Source of the DNA: an uncultured bacterium
GTDB lineage: Bacteria; Patescibacteriota; Minisyncoccia; Phycocordibacterales; GWA1-40-21
NCBI GenBank assembly: GCA_963716205.1
Contig: OY970290.1
Location: forward strand, 30,411-94,410
DNA: 64,000 bases
Direction: 5' to 3'
Within the stretch, counting starts at the first letter, position 1; each line of letters opens with the position of its first letter. Below are positions 57,057-64,000 of the stretch, piece after piece. Below the pieces are notes generated by a model, which saw nothing but the letters and a program-made list of their open reading frames with translations, did not search any database and was not told the DNA's origin. The position numbers and the translations under genes were made by a program.

Positions 57057-58973
57057 ATGGAAGAGCCGCAGGAGAAAAAAAATAAAATAGAAGAGCTCGA
57101 GGACACATTGTATTCAAGGAATGCAGACAATGTGTTTTTCAAAAAAAGGCACTCACTTTCAAGCGAGCCCGTGGCGAAAAACATTTCTTCCGCATGGTCA
57201 GATGATGAAGAAAAGCCGTCGGACATGATTCATATCCCTTTCACCAAAATTTTCATCGGAGCGCTTATTTTTTTCATCATTGCCGCAGGATTTGCATTCT
57301 ATGAATTTTTCGGCGGATCAAATACCGTGTCGGGAGACAATATTGCCATTCTTGTCAGCGGTCCGGTATCAGTTTCCGGCGGGGAGGCTTTTCCGCTTGA
57401 TATCAAAGTAGAAAATAACAATGCTGTGGCGCTCAATAATGTCAGCTTATTGGTTGAATATCCGGACGACACGCGCGACCCGAATGATTCATCGGTTGCC
57501 TTGCCCCGATATACGCAGACGATCGGGACGATTGATGCGGGCAAAAATATCGATCAGATTGTAAAAGCTGCCATGTATGGACAAGAAAATACTCCCGAAG
57601 TTATAAAAATAACGATTCAATACAACATTGCCGGTTCAAATGCCGTTTTCACCAAAGAAAAAGATTACAATCTTGTCATCAGTTCTTCGCCGGTCAATAT
57701 CGCCGTCACCGGAGATTCCGAAGTCAATGCAAATCAGCAGACGAGTTTTTCAGTCAACATCACTTCGAATTCTTTGACAACGGTCAAGGGAATGATTTTG
57801 AAAGTAGATTATCCGTTCGGATTTAATTTTACTTCCGCCAATCCGGCGCCAACATCTTTAAACAATGATGTTTTTGCCATTGGAGATCTTGCACCCGGAG
57901 CACAAAGGACGATTAACATTACCGGTTCTATAAACGGTCAAAATGGCGACGAGCAGGTTTTGAAATTTACTGTCGGCACTCCGACATCAGACAATACTGA
58001 TGTAGCGACACCGTTTGCGGTTTACTCGATGGACGTTTCTGTCAAAAAACCGTCAGTCGGAGTCACTGTCTCTGTCAATCAGAATTCGAACAGTCCGATT
58101 CCAATCGATATTGGCGATAAAAATAGCGTGGCTATTGCGTGGCAAAACAATTTACCTCAGCAGATAAACGACATGAGCGTCAATGTAAAATTTACTGGGC
58201 AAGCGCTCGATGAGCAGTCGGTCAATGTGGATAATGGATTCTATAATTCATCGGATAACTCCATCACTTTCGACAAAACCGAAATTTCCGATCTTGAGAC
58301 CGTCAATCCGTCTGATCAAGGCACGATGACATTTGATTTTTCAACACTTCTTCCTTCTTTGAATCCGAGTATACCGTTCGCCAATTCGCAGATTGCCATG
58401 GACATTACTGTTACCGGCACACCAGCAGGCGGCAACAATACGGTGCAAACGCTGTATTCCGGCGAAACCGTTTTGAAAATATCATCTGGCATTAATCTTC
58501 TTTCCCAAGGATTCAGAACAGTTGGACCATTTGAAAATAGCGGACCATTTCCGCCGCAAGTCGATAGCACAACTACATACACCGTTACTTTGACCGCGAC
58601 AAATTCTTTCAACAATGTGAACAATGCAAAAGTTACCGCCGCGCTCGCTCCGGGTGTTATCTGGACCGGATTCACAAGCCCGTCAAGCGAACAAATCAAT
58701 TACGATCAGGCGAGCGGTCAGGTCGTTTGGAATATCGGCACTATGGCGGCAAATACCGGAGTCAATTCTTCACCGAGACAAGTTTCTTTCCAAGTCGCAG
58801 TCATTCCGAGCATTACAGAAGTCGGTTCCATCATGACTCTGGTAAACGATGCGACCTTGACCGGCACGGATACCTTTTCCGGAGAAAACCTGAATGCAAC
58901 GCAGCCGCCGGTAACGACCGATATCACGTCCGATCCCGCGTATCAGGATGGTATCGGAATCGTGGCGCAATAA
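57057..58973 (+). CDS. Single-TM protein with multiple Ig-like (DUF11-like) extracellular domains
   Basis: Cytoplasmic N-terminus, one TM, beta-rich repeats (IGDLAPG, W.IG); start ATG 57057. Confidence 0.85.
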   Translation: MEEPQEKKNKIEELEDTLYSRNADNVFFKKRHSLSSEPVAKNISSAWSDDEEKPSDMIHIPFTKIFIGALIFFIIAAGFAFYEFFGGSNTVSGDNIAILVSGPVSVSGGEAFPLDIKVENNNAVALNNVSLLVEYPDDTRDPNDSSVALPRYTQTIGTIDAGKNIDQIVKAAMYGQENTPEVIKITIQYNIAGSNAVFTKEKDYNLVISSSPVNIAVTGDSEVNANQQTSFSVNITSNSLTTVKGMILKVDYPFGFNFTSANPAPTSLNNDVFAIGDLAPGAQRTINITGSINGQNGDEQVLKFTVGTPTSDNTDVATPFAVYSMDVSVKKPSVGVTVSVNQNSNSPIPIDIGDKNSVAIAWQNNLPQQINDMSVNVKFTGQALDEQSVNVDNGFYNSSDNSITFDKTEISDLETVNPSDQGTMTFDFSTLLPSLNPSIPFANSQIAMDITVTGTPAGGNNTVQTLYSGETVLKISSGINLLSQGFRTVGPFENSGPFPPQVDSTTTYTVTLTATNSFNNVNNAKVTAALAPGVIWTGFTSPSSEQINYDQASGQVVWNIGTMAANTGVNSSPRQVSFQVAVIPSITEVGSIMTLVNDATLTGTDTFSGENLNATQPPVTTDITSDPAYQDGIGIVAQ

Positions 58974-59015
58974 AATAGGCTGGAAAAATAATTCATTTTG
59001 GAGTAGATTAGATAA

Positions 59016-60335
59016 ATGGCAAAAAACGAATCAAACAAAAGGATGGAAGAAATCATTTCTCTTTGCAAAAGGAGGGGATTTGTCTATCCAGGATCGGAAA
59101 TCTACGGCGGGCTTGCCGGCACATGGGATTACGGCCCGCTCGGTATTACGCTGAAAAATAATATTAAAAATCTGTGGTGGAAAACATTCGTGACTGATCG
59201 CGAGGATATGTATGGTATTGACGCGGCGATTTTGATGAATCAAAAAGTCTGGAAAGCGTCAGGGCACGTTGCCACGTTTTCCGATCCGCTCGTTGAATGC
59301 AAGAAGTGCAAAAAGCGTTTTCGTGCGGACCAGCTTGAAAATGACAAGAAATGTCCGGAATGCGGCGGCGAGCTTGGCGAAGCGCGCCAGTTCAACATGA
59401 TGTTTCAAACACACGTGGGACCTGTCGCAAATGACGAATCAATTTCATATTTGAGGCCGGAGACCGCGCAGGGTATGTTTGTAAATTATAAAAATGTTCT
59501 CGACAGTTTCCATCCGAAACTCCCGTTTGGTCTGGCGCAGATCGGCAAAGCGTTCAGAAATGAAATTGCGCCCAGAGATTTTACGTTCCGCTCGCGCGAG
59601 TTCGAACAGATGGAAATCGAATATTTTCTGAAAGGGGAGAATTGGAAAAAAGTTTTTGAATATTGGAGAGGCGAAATGTGGACATGGATGGAATCGCTTG
59701 GCCTGCCGAAAAATCATATTCATGAGCTTGAAGTTCCTGCGGAAAAATTGGCGCATTATTCAAAGAGAACGATTGATTTCGAATATGATTTTCCATTTGG
59801 TCTCAACGAGCTTTATGGTTTGGCGTATCGAACAGATTTTGATTTGAAGAACCACTCAGAAGCAAGCGGAGTCGAGCTCAATTATCTCGATGAAGAAACA
59901 AAAGAGCGCTTTACACCGCACTGCGTCGAGCCGACATTCGGCGTAGATCGGAGTATTCTTGCTGTTATCTGCGAAGCATATACCGAGGATGAGCTTGGCG
60001 GAGAAAAAAGAATATTCATGAAATTCAAGCCGGCGCTTGCACCGGTGAAGATTGCCGTCTTTCCGCTTTTGAAAAATAAGCCGGAGCTTGTAAAAAAAGC
60101 ACGGGAAGTGTATTTGAGTTTAAAAAAAGAATTTGGCGCAGTCATGTTCGATGATAATGGCAATATTGGCAAACGATACCGCCGGCAGGATGAGATCGGT
60201 ACGCCATACTGCGTGACGGTGGATTTCGAGACAATTGAAAAAGATAACTGCGTGACCGTGCGGGATAGAGACACAGGGAATCAAGAACGGGTGAAAATCG
60301 AAGATTTAACAAAGCATTTCAAAAAAGCACTTTAA
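59016..60335 (+). CDS. glyS: Glycine--tRNA ligase (alpha2 type)
   Basis: KRRGF....EIYGG, YLRPETAQG, FRNEI, REFEQME, IGKRYRRQDEIGTP. Confidence 0.97.
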   Translation: MAKNESNKRMEEIISLCKRRGFVYPGSEIYGGLAGTWDYGPLGITLKNNIKNLWWKTFVTDREDMYGIDAAILMNQKVWKASGHVATFSDPLVECKKCKKRFRADQLENDKKCPECGGELGEARQFNMMFQTHVGPVANDESISYLRPETAQGMFVNYKNVLDSFHPKLPFGLAQIGKAFRNEIAPRDFTFRSREFEQMEIEYFLKGENWKKVFEYWRGEMWTWMESLGLPKNHIHELEVPAEKLAHYSKRTIDFEYDFPFGLNELYGLAYRTDFDLKNHSEASGVELNYLDEETKERFTPHCVEPTFGVDRSILAVICEAYTEDELGGEKRIFMKFKPALAPVKIAVFPLLKNKPELVKKAREVYLSLKKEFGAVMFDDNGNIGKRYRRQDEIGTPYCVTVDFETIEKDNCVTVRDRDTGNQERVKIEDLTKHFKKAL

Positions 60336-60336
60336 T

Positions 60337-61602
60337 ATGCAATACACGAAAAAAGTTTTGAAAAATGGTCTGCGAATTATTACCGTACCAATGAAGAGCA
60401 ACCCGACCGTGACGGTGCTCGTGCTTGTCGAAGCTGGATCGAAATATGAAAATAAAGAAAATAACGGCATATCGCATTTTCTTGAGCACATGTGTTTCAA
60501 AGGAACGACGAAACGGCCGACGGCGGGAGACATCAGTCGGGAGCTTGACGGCATCGGATCTGTCTACAATGCGTTCACCTCGCATGAATACACCGGATAT
60601 TATGCAAAAGCGGATTATAAAAACACCGATAAAATTATTGACGTGGTTTCGGACTTGTATTTGAATCCGATTTTTCCGGAAAAAGAAATCGAAAAAGAAA
60701 AGGGAGTGATCATTGAAGAGATCAACATGTATAACGATTCGCCGCGAAGCATCGCTATTAAAGAATTTTTCAAACTTCTCTATGGCGATCAACCGGCAGG
60801 ATGGCCAGTGGCCGGATTAAAAAATAATATTCACAAGATGGCGCGGACGGATTTTATCGATTACCGCAACAAGCATTATGTTGCATCGGCGACAACCATT
60901 ATCATCTCCGGCAAGATACATGAAAAAGAAATTATCCAGAAAATTTCAAAGATTTTCAAAGATGCCGGCACTTGGAAAAAAGAAGGAAAAAGAAAAGTGA
61001 TTGAATCGCAAGTGGCACCAGAGGCAGTCGTTTTTTACAAAGACACCGATCAAACGCATATTATTGTTGGCAGCAGGTCTTTTGACGTCTATAACAGATA
61101 CAATCCGATTATCCGCGTTCTTGACGGTATTCTTTCTGGCATGTCCGGACGCTTGTTCCAGAAAATGCGCGAAGAGCTGGGGATTTGTTATTATGTTTCT
61201 GCTGACAATGATGTCTTTACCGATCACGGCGTGTTTTCAGTTTCGGCGGGAGTCGACAGCACGAGAGTTAAAGAGGGAATCAGTGCAATCCTTTCGGAGC
61301 TGAAAAAATTAAAAACTGAACTTGTAAAAAAAGACGAGCTCGACAAAGTCAAACAGTATTTGATCGGAAGGATGAATCTCGGACTTGAATCGTCCGATGC
61401 AGTCGCCAATTTTTACGGCGGACAGGAAATACTGAAAGAAAAAATAAAAACTCCGGAAGATATCGTAAAGGAAATAAAAGCGGTGACAGCGGAAGAAATA
61501 AAATTCGTCGCTGAGCGAATATTCAAAAATGAAGGACTGAACCTCGCCATCGTCGGCAAATTCAAAGACAAAAAAGAGTTTTTGGAAGTGCTGAAATTCT
61601 GA
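60337..61602 (+). CDS. M16 family zinc peptidase
   Basis: HFLEH (HxxEH), NAFTS, EK.VI.EE, RLFQ.MRE..G..Y. Confidence 0.95.
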   Translation: MQYTKKVLKNGLRIITVPMKSNPTVTVLVLVEAGSKYENKENNGISHFLEHMCFKGTTKRPTAGDISRELDGIGSVYNAFTSHEYTGYYAKADYKNTDKIIDVVSDLYLNPIFPEKEIEKEKGVIIEEINMYNDSPRSIAIKEFFKLLYGDQPAGWPVAGLKNNIHKMARTDFIDYRNKHYVASATTIIISGKIHEKEIIQKISKIFKDAGTWKKEGKRKVIESQVAPEAVVFYKDTDQTHIIVGSRSFDVYNRYNPIIRVLDGILSGMSGRLFQKMREELGICYYVSADNDVFTDHGVFSVSAGVDSTRVKEGISAILSELKKLKTELVKKDELDKVKQYLIGRMNLGLESSDAVANFYGGQEILKEKIKTPEDIVKEIKAVTAEEIKFVAERIFKNEGLNLAIVGKFKDKKEFLEVLKF

Positions 61603-61639
61603 TTGCATCCGGCAAAATAATGTGCTAATCTCTATTTCT

Positions 61640-62152
61640 ATGAGTAAAAAAGCAGGAGCGCCAAAAGTAAGCGGAGAGAAGATATACGAAATCGGATATC
61701 ACATTATTTCCTCTGTCGCCGAAGAAAATATTCCAAAAGAAGTCGCGAAAGTGAAGGAATATTTGGCGAAAGAAAACGCCATTATTATTTCCGAAGAAAC
61801 ACCGGCACTTCGACCGCTCGCATACCCTATTAAAAAAGCTACCGGCGGAGTTTATAAAACATACGACAAAGCATATTTCGGCTTCATCAAATTTGAATTG
61901 TCCGAAGGTGGAGATGTTATCAAAATTGACGAGAAAATGAAAGCGGATGAAAATATTCTCCGATTCATTGTTGTCAAAACCGTTAGAGAAAACACCATGT
62001 ATTCCCCGAAAATCACCGTATTTTCCGATAAAGAAGCAAAGATAAAAATTCCTGCAAAAGCGGAAAAAATCGAAAAAGTTGCAGAAACCTCCGCATCTGC
62101 CGAAGAAATCGACGCGGGGATCGACGCTCTTATCTCAAAAGAGGAAATATAG
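61640..62152 (+). CDS. rpsF: 30S ribosomal protein bS6
   Basis: YEI, R.LAYPIKK, ILRF; first gene of rpsF-ssb-rpsR; start ATG 61640. Confidence 0.92.
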   Translation: MSKKAGAPKVSGEKIYEIGYHIISSVAEENIPKEVAKVKEYLAKENAIIISEETPALRPLAYPIKKATGGVYKTYDKAYFGFIKFELSEGGDVIKIDEKMKADENILRFIVVKTVRENTMYSPKITVFSDKEAKIKIPAKAEKIEKVAETSASAEEIDAGIDALISKEEI

Positions 62153-62164
62153 TATACTGTTGTT

Positions 62165-62620
62165 ATGAACATCAACAAAGCATTTTTGTTCGGAAATTTA
62201 ACAAGGGATCCGGAATTAAAATCGCTACCAAGCGGCACGAAAGTCGCTTCCTTTGCCGTGGCGACGAACAGGACATGGAAAGATAAAAACGGTGCAAAGC
62301 AGGAAGATGTAACATTTCATAATGTCGTTGCGTTCGGCAAACAGGCGGAAGTCATTACTCAATATTTAAAAAAAGGAAACAGTATTTTTGTCGAAGGAAG
62401 AATTGCCAACAGATCCTGGGATGACAAAGACGGCGTGAAGAAATATCGTTCGGAAATTATCCTTGAAAATTTCCAATTTGGTCCGAGCGCAAAGGGAGGA
62501 ACATTTTCAGGAAGTTCAACATTGACAAATACGGAAGCTCCCGCAAAAGGAAAAATGCCGGAGATGGATACCATCGAATATCCTTCAGAGGAGATCAATC
62601 CGGACGATATTCCGTTTTAG
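62165..62620 (+). CDS. ssb: Single-stranded DNA-binding protein
   Basis: NKAFLFGNLTRDPE, VEGR, C-terminal DDIPF. Confidence 0.98.
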   Translation: MNINKAFLFGNLTRDPELKSLPSGTKVASFAVATNRTWKDKNGAKQEDVTFHNVVAFGKQAEVITQYLKKGNSIFVEGRIANRSWDDKDGVKKYRSEIILENFQFGPSAKGGTFSGSSTLTNTEAPAKGKMPEMDTIEYPSEEINPDDIPF

Positions 62621-62661
62621 TTGCAATAAATAATAAATTATAGTAGTATCGAGCTTCAAAT

Positions 62662-62862
62662 ATGAAACAGTGCTTTTTTTCGCAAAATAATATCAAATAC
62701 GTGGATTACAAGGATATTGCGCTCCTCAAGCAATTTCTCAATCCGCATGCGCGTATTCAGGGCAAAAAGAAAACTTTTGTGAATGCAAAGAGTCAGCGAC
62801 AGCTTTCTCAAGCCGTCAAACGAGCCAGATTTATGGCACTCCTTCCATTTGTTGCAAAATAG
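62662..62862 (+). CDS. rpsR: 30S ribosomal protein bS18
   Basis: VDYKD..LL..F, QR.L..AVKRAR.MALLPF. Confidence 0.96.
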   Translation: MKQCFFSQNNIKYVDYKDIALLKQFLNPHARIQGKKKTFVNAKSQRQLSQAVKRARFMALLPFVAK

Positions 62863-62871
62863 TTCTTGCTT

Positions 62872-63447
62872 ATGGCAACGCTTAACTACAACGAAATCAC
62901 TCCGAGAAAGACGATCATTTACGATGGTCAGCCGTGCGAAGTTTTGACCAGCAAAACTGGTTCAAAAGGTGGCTACAAAGCGGTCAATGTCGCCAAACTG
63001 AAAAATATCATTACCGGCAAAGTGGTGGAAATTTCATTCCATCAGTCCGAGCGCGTGGAAGAAGCTGATATCGAATACAAAGACGCGAAATTTTTATACA
63101 AAGACAACAAAGGCGAGCTGTGGTTTTGTGATCCAAAAAATCCCGCGAACCGTTTCAAGCTTGAAGAAGAAGTCATTGGTATGCCGGCAAAATTCATGAA
63201 GGCGAATTCCATCGTGGAGACCATGATTTATGATGAAAAAGTCATCGGCGTGCACTTGCCAATTAAAGTTGACCTTAAAGTAACTGAGGCAGCTCCGGCA
63301 GTGAAGGGAAATACCTCCGGCAATGCGACGAAGCAAATTACGCTTGAGTCCGGTGCTATTATCAACGCTCCGATGTTTATTACCGAAGGCGAAGTTGTCA
63401 CGGTGAATACCGAGGACGGACAATATGTTTCGCGAGCAGGGAAATAA
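62872..63447 (+). CDS. efp: Elongation factor P
   Basis: KLKN..TG, FLY, LP..V.L.V, P.VKGNT, K..TLE.G, P.FI..GE...VNT..G.YVSRA. Confidence 0.93.
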   Translation: MATLNYNEITPRKTIIYDGQPCEVLTSKTGSKGGYKAVNVAKLKNIITGKVVEISFHQSERVEEADIEYKDAKFLYKDNKGELWFCDPKNPANRFKLEEEVIGMPAKFMKANSIVETMIYDEKVIGVHLPIKVDLKVTEAAPAVKGNTSGNATKQITLESGAIINAPMFITEGEVVTVNTEDGQYVSRAGK

Positions 63448-63457
63448 ATTTGAATAC

Positions 63458-63492
63458 AAAAGGGCGGCTCGCGAAGCGAGCCGCCCTTTTTT
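63458..63492. terminator. Bidirectional terminator
   Basis: AAAGGGCGGCTCGC-GAA-GCGAGCCGCCCTTT. Confidence 0.9.
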
Positions 63493-63494
63493 AA

Positions 63495-63638
63495 CTAATT
63501 ACTAAACAAGCTTTTGATCAATCCCAAAATACCGACGACAAGAAGAAGTTCGGAAAGCGAAAAAGTAAAATTGATTTTTGGATCATAGATCATGACGACA
63601 CCGAGTATGATGAGAAATATCCATCCAAGTTGTTTCAT
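63495..63638 (-). CDS. 47-aa two-TM small protein (not in ORF track)
   Basis: MKQLGWIFLIILGVVMIYDPKINFTFSLSELLLVVGILGLIKSLFSN; starts 1 nt after recA stop. Confidence 0.72.
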   Translation of the reverse strand: MKQLGWIFLIILGVVMIYDPKINFTFSLSELLLVVGILGLIKSLFSN

Positions 63639-63639
63639 A

Positions 63640-64000
63640 TTATATTTCTTTTAGCTTTGCTCTTATAACTTTTAATATTTCATTGGCGACTTTCGGATTT
63701 TCTTTCAAATAGGTGCGGGCACTATCATATCCTCGGCCGATTTTTTCACCGTTGTATTCATATGATGAGCCGGATTTCTTGATAATATCCATTTTTTCTC
63801 CGAGCGCCAGCATTTCGCCTTCTTTTGAAATACCCTCGTTATACATCAAATCGAATTCTGTCTGCTTGAACGGCGCCGCAACTTTATTTTTGACGACCTT
63901 GACCCGCACGCGTCCGCCCATAATTTCTTCACCCTTCTTTATTTGTGCAATTCTGCGGATATCAAGTCTCACTGAAGTATAAAATTTCAATGCTTTTCCT
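63640..64000 (-). CDS. recA: Recombinase RecA, 3' part (truncated by window edge)
   Basis: [32 protein letters not shown]. Confidence 0.97.
   Translation of the reverse strand, partial: GKALKFYTSVRLDIRRIAQIKKGEEIMGGRVRVKVVKNKVAAPFKQTEFDLMYNEGISKEGEMLALGEKMDIIKKSGSSYEYNGEKIGRGYDSARTYLKENPKVANEILKVIRAKLKEI

Noticed and set aside
1-64000. Alternative genetic code 25, tRNA/rRNA genes, T-boxes, introns or inteins, prophage or defence island
   Set aside because: TGA ends dnaA, metG and tmk and core genes are full length; no cloverleaf, T-box leader, splicing motif, integrase or recognisable defence gene seen by eye

Overview
Replication-origin region of a small-genome bacterium using genetic code 11 (TGA is a stop). 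Gene content and style point to Patescibacteria/CPR, probably Parcubacteria of the uL1-less type; this is an inference. The window runs rnpA(partial)-rpmH-dnaA-oriC-dnaN, then housekeeping genes (PBP1A, tyrS, frameshifted ruvC, yebC, ruvB, tsaE, polA, tig, nusA, metG, tatD, folD, secE-nusG-rplK, argS, ileS, recO, glyS, rpsF-ssb-rpsR, efp, partial recA). It also carries type IV pilus genes (two PilB ATPases, PilC, three minor pilins), several large surface proteins and a dCTP-to-dTDP cluster (thyX, dcd, NMP-kinase-like gene, tmk, dut). No tRNA, rRNA, CRISPR array or transposase was seen. Top unexplained signals: (1) a 170-nt rod-shaped ncRNA candidate with 6S-like architecture at 10234-10403; (2) two gene-expression regimes, with apparently leaderless core genes and self-contained Shine-Dalgarno-led cassettes; (3) a 1540-aa surface protein with an internal second signal peptide and perfect 123-bp repeats; (4) a recurrent A/S/G-[ST]-[ST]-[ST] motif in exported proteins; (5) an 11-bp-phased DnaA-box array; (6) a histidine-phosphatase domain inside IleRS and a non-canonical EF-P loop. 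All family assignments come from motif recognition by eye, not database searches.
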